NCBI GenBank assembly: GCA_021791995.1
Contig: JAJYVN010000002.1
Coordinates: 1 to 47,644, forward strand
DNA: 47,644 nucleotides
Source of the DNA: Bacillota bacterium
GTDB taxonomy: Bacteria > Bacillota > Sulfobacillia > RBS10-35 > JAJYVN01
Reading direction: 5' to 3'
The notes under the pieces were generated by a model. The model was not told where the DNA came from and did no database searches. It was given only the letters and a program-made list of their open reading frames with translations. Position 1 is the stretch's first letter, and each line of letters begins with the position of its first letter. A program made the position numbers and the translations under genes. Shown here piece by piece: positions 16,147 through 23,625 of this stretch.

Positions 16147-16336
16147 CTCGGGGATGCACCTCCTGAAAAGTGTGGGGCTCCCACGCTGCCGACGTCCCGA
16201 GTCGGGAGCGCAGGCGGCGCGGGAGCCCGGAAGCAAACCCGTCGATTCTGCGTCGGGCCGGGAGGGTCAAGGGCAGAGCGAAGCGACCCTTGACCCGATG
16301 GCCCGTGCGCGGCCTGAAAGGCTCGAGCGACGCGCC

Positions 16337-16519
16337 TTACGACGCAAGGAGCCCGCGTACATGGGCGGAGCTCAGGATCTCGCGAGCCAGGGACTGGAGT
16401 CGCCCGTTGTCGCTGCCCTTGGCCACGTCGGTAGCGGCGTCGAGCAGCGCGCGCAGGCGATCACCGCGAAGCTGGTCCAGGCAGCCGGCGGCGAGCGTGG
16501 GGAGGAGAACGGACTTCAT
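16337..16519 (-). CDS. Hypothetical protein (60 aa)
   Basis: ATG 16519 follows AAAGGGGTGA. The track ORF start (16573) would run through the 16566-16592 hairpin. Confidence 0.5.
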   Translation of the reverse strand: MKSVLLPTLAAGCLDQLRGDRLRALLDAATDVAKGSDNGRLQSLAREILSSAHVRGLLAS

Positions 16520-16614
16520 TACGTGGTCACCCCTTTCGGGGCGTCCGTGGCCGCGCGCCGGCCGCGGCGTCAAGGCCAGCGGCCTTGACGCCCGAGGGCG
16601 GCACGTGGCTTAGC

Positions 16615-16833
16615 TCACAGCTCCAGACGGTGCTGTACGGAACGCAGCCCTGCGTCCTCGAGTGCCCGAAGGGCGATCCCTTCGGGTTCCTCCTTCCCCG
16701 ACGCGATCTGGGCGAGGGCCCTGACGAGCCTGTCCGCCCAGCCGGCGTCCACCGCTTCCGCCAGGGTGGCCTCCGCCTCCCGCAACCGGATCCGCAGCGA
16801 CCGGACGGACCGCAGGTCCCGGCGGCCAGTCAC
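16615..16833 (-). CDS. Hypothetical protein (72 aa)
   Basis: The GTG start overlaps the macro-domain gene stop (GTGA at 16830-16833). The protein is helical and Arg/Ala-rich. Confidence 0.5.
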   Translation of the reverse strand: MTGRRDLRSVRSLRIRLREAEATLAEAVDAGWADRLVRALAQIASGKEEPEGIALRALEDAGLRSVQHRLEL

Positions 16834-17315
16834 CGGCTCTCACCCGCGAGCCTGAGGCTTCGGGCCACCTCGGCTCCAGAAAGGACCAGCGTTACGTTCG
16901 GTAGGCTCCCGAGCGCTCTCTGGATCAGGTCCCGGACGTCCTTGGCCGGAAGGCGCCCAAGACCCGCCCCGATCATCGGCAGCCGTACCTCCTGGCCCCG
17001 ACGGACCAGTGCGAACGTGCGCAAGGCAAGAAGGCCCTTGGAAACGATCGCCGGGTTCGCGCCTTCACGCCAGTGCATCTTGGTGGGCAGGCAGACGATC
17101 CGAAACTCGTCGTCACGGAAGAGTCCTGGCGTCCGAGCCTCGAGGAACCGGCCGTAGCGGGCGGGAAGCTCAGGGAACCGCCCGGCCGCCTGAAGAGCCA
17201 CGCCCGCGCCCATCACGGCGGTACCGTCCCGCCTCGTCACCAAGTTGGTAGGCACCACCCGCCAAGCGTCCTCGGGCCCGGTCCAGAGGTCCCCAGCCTC
17301 GACCTGCAAGAGCAT
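16830..17315 (-). CDS. Macro-domain-like (ADP-ribose binding/processing) protein (161 aa)
   Basis: ATG 17315 abuts GAGGAGGTGG. Sequence GDLWTGPEDAWRVVPTNLVTRRDGTAVMGAGVALQAAGRFPELPARYG resembles the phage/plasmid macro family (TN....G.aVMGaGvAlq). Not searched. Confidence 0.55.
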   Translation of the reverse strand: MLLQVEAGDLWTGPEDAWRVVPTNLVTRRDGTAVMGAGVALQAAGRFPELPARYGRFLEARTPGLFRDDEFRIVCLPTKMHWREGANPAIVSKGLLALRTFALVRRGQEVRLPMIGAGLGRLPAKDVRDLIQRALGSLPNVTLVLSGAEVARSLRLAGESR

Positions 17316-17323
17316 CCACCTCC

Positions 17324-17704
17324 TCAGGAAGCAAAGGCTCGGTGTACACGCCAGCCGTCCGTGTGTGGTAGGGGCAGGAGGTTCAGCGCCAGGCTCAGGC
17401 CCGGCCACAGGCTCGCGTAGAGGGCCTCGCGCCACGTGAGGAGGCCGACAGAGCCGAGGGCGAAGACCAGGGCCGCCAGTGTGAGATCGGCCGCTGGCCC
17501 TGCGAGAGCAATCGGCACGGTCGCGCCCCGCATGACCGCGGTCTGGTCGATGCGCACGGCCAGGAACGGTGCCCGGAACACGAGACCCGCGAACCGGCCG
17601 CCGTAGCGCAAGGCAACCAGCACGTGGGCGCACTCGTGCCACGACACCGCCACCAGCGCCGCTACGACGGTGATTACGAGCACACGAATCGCCTCCGCGT
17701 CCAT
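17324..17704 (-). CDS. Small membrane HExxH protein (site-2-protease/M50-like, 126 aa)
   Basis: WHECAHVLVALRYGG sits inside a hydrophobic helix, with several further hydrophobic segments. The start at ATG 17704 is uncertain because no close RBS is present. Confidence 0.5.
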   Translation of the reverse strand: MDAEAIRVLVITVVAALVAVSWHECAHVLVALRYGGRFAGLVFRAPFLAVRIDQTAVMRGATVPIALAGPAADLTLAALVFALGSVGLLTWREALYASLWPGLSLALNLLPLPHTDGWRVHRAFAS

Positions 17705-17810
17705 CAATCCGTCGAACGCCTCCGGCAGACGCCGGAGCCGGGCGTGAGGCAAGGGCACGTTTCGTGACCCTTGCCGATCGCTCGGCGAGGACGTACCGAC
17801 ATGCACCCAA

Positions 17811-18293
17811 TCAGGCTGTGGCGGTAACGAGCACCGCCTGCCGCCATCCGGCAGGACCCGTGGCTCCGCATACCCGGCACCGAAGCGTGCCATCCGACTG
17901 GCGAACGCCACGATGGGTACCCGGCGAGCAGGGGCTGGGATGCACCATCGGCTCACGGTAGATCCGCACGGGGATGCCGGCCTTGCGGCACAGTCGGATC
18001 ATCCCGTCCGTGCCTGGGCTCGGCCCGTCGCTCCGGAACGCAATACACGTGTTCGCTCCCATTCGGACCATCTCGGCGTTGCGGCGGGGCCCCGCGCTCT
18101 TGCCGAAGCGAGCCCAGTCTGCCGGATGCGGCTCACATTGGAAGCCCAAGGCCTCCGCCGCCCGGGCGGCCAGGGAGTCGGCTCCCCGGCCGGCACCGTG
18201 GACGATAACGCTCCCCGGTGGAAGGCTTCGCAGCGTCTGAAGGACGACCGGATAGTTGGCCCAGCTGCGGCTGCCGCAGACGATCACGCGCAT
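17811..18293 (-). CDS. DUF2493 / SLOG-family protein with a C-terminal CHCC zinc-knuckle-like extension (160 aa)
   Basis: ATG 18293 follows GAGGAGG. Sequence RVIVCGSRSW...VIVHGAGRGADSLAARAAEALG...PADWARFGKSAGPRRNAEMV matches the DUF2493 pattern. The tail is PCSPGTHRGVRQSDGTLRCRVCG. Confidence 0.75.
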   Translation of the reverse strand: MRVIVCGSRSWANYPVVLQTLRSLPPGSVIVHGAGRGADSLAARAAEALGFQCEPHPADWARFGKSAGPRRNAEMVRMGANTCIAFRSDGPSPGTDGMIRLCRKAGIPVRIYREPMVHPSPCSPGTHRGVRQSDGTLRCRVCGATGPAGWRQAVLVTATA

Positions 18294-18305
18294 GTGGTCG
18301 CCTCC

Positions 18306-18776
18306 TCAGGAAGCCCGCCTTTTGCTTGGACTGCACGCGCCGTAGTGCACGGGATGGGCGCGGATGTGCCGCCGGAGCGCCGCCAGTTCGCCTGGATAGA
18401 GACGGCAGGCGCACAGGTACATGAGTCGCTTGACACGCCTCGTGTCCACGCTGTCTGTCCACACCTCGTCCCCGTCAGGCAGACCCGTGAGGACGAAGGT
18501 CCGCACCATCTCGTCCATCGTGATCTCGCCGGCGACATCGTAGAGTCGTCCGTCGGGCGCCTTCCCGTAGACGTGCACGAGGCAGTCGTCATCGTCCTCG
18601 GCCGACGGGTCCAGCTCGAAGATGGCCTCCATCGCGTACCCAAGTTCCAGGTGAAGCGCATAGGCAAACGTCGGGCAGCCACCGTTTCGGTACTCGTGGA
18701 CCAGGTCGCCCATGGTGGTGATCGCCCGGCCGTGGCCCGGCACCGGTTCGCGTAACAGAACGTCGGCACTGCGCAT
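18306..18776 (-). CDS. Hypothetical protein (156 aa)
   Basis: ATG 18776 is 8 nt after GGAGG. Acidic patch SAEDDDD. No family recognised. Confidence 0.6.
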   Translation of the reverse strand: MRSADVLLREPVPGHGRAITTMGDLVHEYRNGGCPTFAYALHLELGYAMEAIFELDPSAEDDDDCLVHVYGKAPDGRLYDVAGEITMDEMVRTFVLTGLPDGDEVWTDSVDTRRVKRLMYLCACRLYPGELAALRRHIRAHPVHYGACSPSKRRAS

Positions 18777-18796
18777 GCGTCTCGCCTCCAAAACGC

Positions 18797-18888
18797 GGCT
18801 CTCCCGTCCTCCAGGTCGGCCTGCCTGGAGGTCCGGCGCCTGGCAGGAGGCGCGACAGACGTCCAACGGCCCGGAGGACGGGAGAGCC
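18797..18888. other. 92-nt multi-branched inverted repeat (perfect 16-bp outer arms)
   Basis: GGCTCTCCCGTCCTCC (18797-18812) pairs with GGAGGACGGGAGAGCC (18873-18888). The inner 60 nt holds GCGCCT-ggcagg-AGGCGC and an alternative pairing CCTCCAGG/CCTGGAGG. Confidence 0.75.
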
Positions 18889-18990
18889 CGTCAGGATCGT
18901 AAGGAGCAGATCATCGACGCCCTTCACGCCGCGAGCGAGTCCCCGGGCGGGCAAGGCCCTCCTTGCCGGACCGGAGACGAGGTCGGACGA

Positions 18991-19389
18991 TCACACGGCG
19001 GATCTCCGCTCGCCGCATACACGGCAGACCAGAGAACCGTCGCGTTGCCGTACGCCGCGGTGCATACCCGGCGGGCAGTGGTAGCCCATGAGGCGGCCAA
19101 GACTGCGGGCGAACCGCCGGCGTGGCCGGGACACCACGATGATGCCCTTGTGCAGACGGATCTTGAAGCTGACCGTGGCCATCGGGATGTAGGCGGTGAG
19201 CGTCACGCGTTTGCAGCACTGGCACTCGCAGCACCAGCCGATGCCCCCGTCCATGGAGGTCGGCATCATGTCGCTGTAGCCGATGTGGAGCACCTTCGGG
19301 CGCCAGCACCGGCAGCAGGTGCCGAGCCTACGTTCGTTGACCGACATCAGCTCGGCGCGGGTGACGAATCCAGGCTGGAACCTCCTCAT
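18991..19389 (-). CDS. Cysteine-rich protein with a C-terminal CHCC module (132 aa)
   Basis: Contains CCRCW...WCCECQCC clusters. The tail is HCPPGMHRGVRQRDGSLVCRVCG. ATG 19389 lies 28 nt after the upstream stop, and the RBS is weak. Confidence 0.55.
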   Translation of the reverse strand: MRRFQPGFVTRAELMSVNERRLGTCCRCWRPKVLHIGYSDMMPTSMDGGIGWCCECQCCKRVTLTAYIPMATVSFKIRLHKGIIVVSRPRRRFARSLGRLMGYHCPPGMHRGVRQRDGSLVCRVCGERRSAV

Positions 19390-19417
19390 CCCGGCTGGAA
19401 CACCGCGGTCACCTCCC

Positions 19418-20134
19418 TCAGGCGGGCTTGCGTTCGTGGCAGAGCTTGCATTCCACGTGGCCATCGGGCAGCCGAACTCCCCGGTGCTGACCGGGCCGGC
19501 ACAGCCGGAAGCGGCGGACCGGCGACCACTGCCGCTCAGGCCGGCTGGCTTCGGCCAGGAGCTCGGCACCGAGCCGGTAGAACCGCGCCTTGCGGACCAC
19601 CGTGGCCTCGCCACCGTCCTGCCGACGCACGTACATGTCCGAGATCGCGTCCACCCAGGCGTCCAGGTCACCGCTGTACCCGACACCCGAGACGTGGGTC
19701 GCCTCGTGGAGAGCGCTGCACTCCCCGCAGAACGAGCTGCCGTCGAAGGTCCGCCGGCCGCAGCTCCGGCAGAGCGACTGGAGCGCGTTGGTGAAGCGCT
19801 CCCGCCGGCTACCGGCCTCGTCGACGTCGGGCACCAGGTGGCCGACGACATCTTCGCCGTCGCTCGGGCGCGGCCCGAAGTCCGCGTAGGCGGTACGGGC
19901 CACGGCGGCGTGTGCCTTTGCGTGCCCAGCGGCCTCATCGCGTGTCGGGAAGGTCCGCCCGCACGCGCACGGCCGCCCCACCGGCACCGACCCCTGCTCG
20001 GCGCGAACGGCGAGCGGGTCCTCTCCGCTCACGACCGCGACCCCATGGACCTCGACGACTGGACGCTCTGGGCCAAGAGACAGGTACCAAGTGGCCCGCC
20101 GCGTCATCGTCCGGCGCGCGTACTGCTGAGGCAT
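19418..20134 (-). CDS. Multi-zinc-finger protein with a C-terminal CHCC module (238 aa)
   Basis: ATG 20134 is 5 nt after GGGAGGTG. Third positions are very G/C-rich from there on, unlike the upstream extension. It has a C2H2-like site (CACGRTFPTRDEAAGHAKAH) and a ribbon (CRSCG...CGEC). The tail is LCRPGQHRGVRLPDGHVECKLCH. Confidence 0.7.
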   Translation of the reverse strand: MPQQYARRTMTRRATWYLSLGPERPVVEVHGVAVVSGEDPLAVRAEQGSVPVGRPCACGRTFPTRDEAAGHAKAHAAVARTAYADFGPRPSDGEDVVGHLVPDVDEAGSRRERFTNALQSLCRSCGRRTFDGSSFCGECSALHEATHVSGVGYSGDLDAWVDAISDMYVRRQDGGEATVVRKARFYRLGAELLAEASRPERQWSPVRRFRLCRPGQHRGVRLPDGHVECKLCHERKPA

Positions 20135-20361
20135 GGAGGCACCTCCCGGATGGGCTCGACAACCTGCGTGATCGAGCCATCCCTCGCCGACGGCCGCGAC
20201 GCGCCGTCCAGGCCAACGCCGCCGAAGGCGACGTTGCGGCGAAGCCGCCTGGCCTGGACCAGCAAGTGGCCGTCGGCATGACCCCGCGCCGTCCGACAAG
20301 TTGTCCCGAACACGACAAAGCGCCCACCATCCGGCGGGCGCCAACGTGTTCGGCATCCCGG

Positions 20362-20577
20362 TCAGCCTCTGGCTTGCACTCCTGGTGCCACTCCGCGCGG
20401 TACGTCGTCGATCGCCTGGTGGAAAGCCAAGGCCTCCTTGAACGAAGCCAGCGTCTCCTCCGGGGTGTCGCCGGTAGCCACACAGCCTGGAACGTCGTCG
20501 CTGTACGCGGACCAGTTCCCGCCTGCGGGTTCGATCACGATGGTCACGCGCGGCCAGGCCGCCGTCGCCTTGCTCAT
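20362..20577 (-). CDS. hicB: HicB-family antitoxin (71 aa)
   Basis: RVTIVIEPAGGNWSAYSDDVPGCVATGDTPEETLASFKEALAFH matches the HicB/UPF0150 fold. Its start overlaps the hicA stop (ATGA). Confidence 0.8.
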   Translation of the reverse strand: MSKATAAWPRVTIVIEPAGGNWSAYSDDVPGCVATGDTPEETLASFKEALAFHQAIDDVPRGVAPGVQARG

Positions 20578-20789
20578 CGGCCATTCCCCCGCAGCCCGGC
20601 TTGGCGCCGGATGCTCGCCACCGTGCCCTTGGCGATCTCGTGACCAGGGTTCCCCGGCACCGTGACCTCGCCCGGATTCGTCGGGTGCTTGAAGTGCCGG
20701 TGGTCACCATGCTGAGCCACGGAAACCCATCCGTCGGCCTGAAGCTCCGCGATCATCTCGCGCACACGCGCAGGCCACACCTGCAGCAT
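20574..20789 (-). CDS. hicA: HicA-family mRNA-interferase toxin (71 aa)
   Basis: MIAELQADGWVSVAQHGDHRHFKHPTNPGEVTVPGNPGHEIAKGTVASIRRQAGL matches the HicA pattern (GW...GSH..f.hp....tvP.H...i..gt...I.kqaGl). Confidence 0.8.
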   Translation of the reverse strand: MLQVWPARVREMIAELQADGWVSVAQHGDHRHFKHPTNPGEVTVPGNPGHEIAKGTVASIRRQAGLRGNGR

Positions 20790-20828
20790 GCGCCCCCAAC
20801 CACAGCCGGCTCTGGCGTCCAGGTCCCA

Positions 20829-21158
20829 TCATCGAACCTGGCCCCCGTCAGACTGTCCGGGACCCAGAACCCGGTCGAGGACCGCGCGGCCTTGCGCGTC
20901 GGGCAGGAGGTTCTTCACCGGGAGGCGCTCGCGCGCCAGTCGCGCAAGCTCGGCCTCGTCGCACCACTCCAGGATCTCCTCGCGCATCTGGCGGAACTGC
21001 GCGTAGGAGAAGACGACATACCGTCTCCGCGATCCCCTTGCCAGGATGACTGGTCCCGTCGAGGGCACCGCGAGTTCGCCCAGCAGCGCCAGTACTGTGT
21101 CGTCCGCCTGACGCACGCACATGTCCCCGCGTTTGATGAGGTCCATGACGGTCGGCAA
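20829..21158 (-). CDS. Phd/YefM-like antitoxin-fold protein (about 109 aa)
   Basis: I chose TTG 21158, 5 nt after GGGAGGAG. ATG 21191 has no RBS. Sequence LPTVMDLIKRG...TGPVILARGSRRRYVVFSYAQFRQMREEI resembles Phd/YefM. Confidence 0.45.
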   Translation of the reverse strand: MPTVMDLIKRGDMCVRQADDTVLALLGELAVPSTGPVILARGSRRRYVVFSYAQFRQMREEILEWCDEAELARLARERLPVKNLLPDAQGRAVLDRVLGPGQSDGGQVR

Positions 21159-21350
21159 CCCGACTCCTCCCTCGCCAGTCAGTCGCCTCATCGGGATCAG
21201 CGCTAGCGCGTTGCCGTCGGCTTGGGGCCACCGTCTTCTGGCACTCACGGTCAACCCGCACAGACAAGCGCTCCGGGCGACCCATCCCACAAGCAAGCAT
21301 CGATTTACAGAACGGGCGAAGTCAAATACCCGAACGAGGACGTGACTACG

Positions 21351-22100
21351 CTAGGCCGAGACGACCTCACCGTATTCGTACAGACGCAACGGCACGTACC
21401 GAACGAGTTGATCGCCTAGTAGGTCGCCCTGATCACCGTCAAGATCGACAATGACGCCGACGCCGGGATCGTCCGCGGCTCCGAGGCTAGCCACGGTGGC
21501 GCGATAGCTCCCGCGGCGAACGCTTTGGGTCAGGCACCAGCTGTACACTGCCGGTACAAAGCCGATGTGAACGCCCGATGGTGACAGTACCCGGATTGCG
21601 TTGGGGTCGTGTGGGTTGGTTTCATCGAGTTGCAGTCCCAAGACGGCCCCGGGCACCAGTTCCTCCATCACCTGTTCGCCATCGTAGTAACGCCAGCCAG
21701 CCACAGGAAATCGGAGGTAGTACGTGTCCGCCGCGCTAATCGGCTCAAGGAACTCAAGTGTATCGGTGGGCAGACGACCCCCGGTGAGACGCAAGAACTC
21801 TATCCCGTCGCCGGGCTCCACTCCGAGGCGCCCGTAATCCTCGGCGGCCCACGTCTGCGGCACCCGCCGGAGGAACGTTGCGAACAGTTCGGGCTGCCGC
21901 CATTCGCCTTCGGGGGCAGGGAACTCGTCGAATAGTCGGAAGCCAACGGCCTGCGCTTCGCTCAGTGCTCCAGGGGTAGTTGTTTCGTACCTAAACACGT
22001 GCCCGCGCGAGTCACGCGATAGGTGCCCGATGAGGTAGCGGCGCCGCGACAAGGCATGCTGCCAAACAACAAGCACAGAACTGTCTGGTCGCCCAGCCAT
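21351..22100 (-). CDS. HipA-N-terminal-like (HipS-like) domain fused to a HIRAN domain (249 aa)
   Basis: ATG 22100 directly abuts the kinase gene stop (TAGATG). N-terminal blocks VLVVWQHALSRRRYLIGHLSRDSRGHVFRYE, ELFATFLRRVPQ and GIEFLRLTGGRLPTDTLEFLEP parallel E. coli HipA blocks LVTWMNNQRVGEL...HTFKYA, VFNFFDNLLPD and FDLLSEIGRDSVGA. The C-terminal block GAVLGLQLDETNPHDPNAIRVLSPSGVHIGFVP is a HIRAN signature. Confidence 0.7.
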   Translation of the reverse strand: MAGRPDSSVLVVWQHALSRRRYLIGHLSRDSRGHVFRYETTTPGALSEAQAVGFRLFDEFPAPEGEWRQPELFATFLRRVPQTWAAEDYGRLGVEPGDGIEFLRLTGGRLPTDTLEFLEPISAADTYYLRFPVAGWRYYDGEQVMEELVPGAVLGLQLDETNPHDPNAIRVLSPSGVHIGFVPAVYSWCLTQSVRRGSYRATVASLGAADDPGVGVIVDLDGDQGDLLGDQLVRYVPLRLYEYGEVVSA

Positions 22101-22940
22101 CTACCCATCCCCCCTTGCAACGAGGATGTCCCTCCTACTGCGTAGGACCACGCGAGCGAAGGACCAGCGTTCAGGCTCCATGATACTCTCTGGCTCATCT
22201 ATGGAGGCCAAAATTTGGTCGATGGCATCATCTGTTAGATTACCCACAAGTTCCTTGAATCCCGCCATGTCTGGGTCCAGTTGCCGGACCGTGGCCAGTA
22301 GCTCAGGGATCCCGGGCTTCCGGGCGTCCTCCCGGAGGAGAATCTCGTAGCGGAACTGACGATCGAACCGGCCTAAGCCTTTCCGGAGGTGCAGTTCGAT
22401 GCGCAGTGGATCGAGGGCACTTCCGAATGCAGCAGCGTTGTCGTAGTAGGGCGCCATTTCGGCTGAGCCACCGTTACCCAGCGTCACGCCCCAATTGGCC
22501 TGATGGCGGTCCGCGTTTCCGGTAAGAATGTCAAAACACACCATGCGAATGAAGCCTCGTACGGCCAAATGTCGGTCCGTGTAGTGACCCAGGCACTCCA
22601 GGACGCGGGCGACAGTGAGCCGGTCCTTGGACATCGAACCTGCAAGATCAATTCCTTCGCGAAGCTCTTGACCCGGTCCGAGGAACGACCGAACCAATGC
22701 TCCTACCCGACGGTTCATGATGGCAGGTTCGACAATTGGGACGGGCAGGCCAAGCCACCGTCCAACGTGGGAGGCCAAAACCTCAGCTCCGACCTCCCCG
22801 GTAACAAACAGGCCCTCCTGTGTCGCCTGCTCTTTGGGGAACTTCAGGAGGTACCATCGTGATTCTCGATCTTGAACCCAGTAGCCGGGCCGGCTCCCCG
22901 TGCCCTTTCTCACCTTGGTCCAATCCGACACATCTAACAT
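22101..22940 (-). CDS. HipA-family Ser/Thr kinase, core domain only (279 aa)
   Basis: Catalytic block CFDILTGNADRHQANWGV, and later APYYDNAAAFG. ATG 22940 (the track uses TTG 22946). The G+C content is visibly lower than in the flanks. Confidence 0.8.
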   Translation of the reverse strand: MLDVSDWTKVRKGTGSRPGYWVQDRESRWYLLKFPKEQATQEGLFVTGEVGAEVLASHVGRWLGLPVPIVEPAIMNRRVGALVRSFLGPGQELREGIDLAGSMSKDRLTVARVLECLGHYTDRHLAVRGFIRMVCFDILTGNADRHQANWGVTLGNGGSAEMAPYYDNAAAFGSALDPLRIELHLRKGLGRFDRQFRYEILLREDARKPGIPELLATVRQLDPDMAGFKELVGNLTDDAIDQILASIDEPESIMEPERWSFARVVLRSRRDILVARGDG

Positions 22941-22946
22941 GGCCAA

Positions 22947-22952
22947 ATATTA
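22947..22952 (-). promoter_or_regulatory. -10 hexamer TAATAT, 6 nt upstream of ATG 22940 (leaderless geometry)
   Basis: The minus strand reads tggcgtggTAATATttggccATG with no SD. The XRE promoter has the same spacing. Confidence 0.3.
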
Positions 22953-23625
22953 CCACGCCAGTCATCTAGGTGTTCGACCCGCCCCGGAAGCCTCGCGTTT
23001 GCCCGAACGCCCGGATGGGAGCCGGGTGTCCAGGTCCGCAGGGCCTGGATGCCGGGCAACCCACCCGGGCATGTCGAACGCAACACGTGTCACGTTCCCA
23101 CCAGATCATCGCCAGAGGCAGCCGGGCCAAGGAGATGCCCCTTCGGCTCTTCCTCCAGAACAAGACCCGGTGGCGCCCCGGGACTGTGCGCGCTGCCTTG
23201 GCACGCACGGGCCGACAGTCCGGGGGACTGTCGGCGGGCGCACCAGACCTCACGCACTCTGTATCAAGCCAAGGCTACGACTCCGGTTCTCCTTCCTCCG
23301 CACGCACGGCCAGCACGCCCCGACCGCGACGGGAGACCGAGAGGGAAACCGGCGCGTGCTCCCAGACGTCTCGGTCCGCCGCCATCGCTCACCCCGGGGG
23401 CCCTCTCCCTATGCACCCCGACCGCGCCGGGAACTCGCGAGAGAGACCGGCGCGTCCTCATGCCCTCGCTGGTCCGCCTCCATCCTCTAAGCACAATCTT
23501 CGGCTCGATGGTCAGGCCCGCTGTGAGCCGACGCCGGGCCGCCTGTGACTTCAACCACGGCCCAAGCGCTTACCGGGCCCTCACCCACGGAAGCCGCACC
23601 GTACCCGACGACGCCGGCCCCTTGG

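Noticed and set aside
5974-18967. Using G-T versus A-C mismatches in hairpin stems to decide which strand folds, and hence which strand is transferred.
   Set aside because: Two hairpins (7034-7072, 10389-10445) favour the plus strand, but 7669-7724 favours the minus strand. The sample is too small and inconsistent, so I mention it only as a hint.
20104-20313. 69-aa minus-strand ORF between hicB and the zinc-finger gene.
   Set aside because: Its third-position G/C is fairly high, so it might be real. However, the RBS is weak, no motif is present, and it overlaps the next gene start by 30 nt. I left it uncalled.
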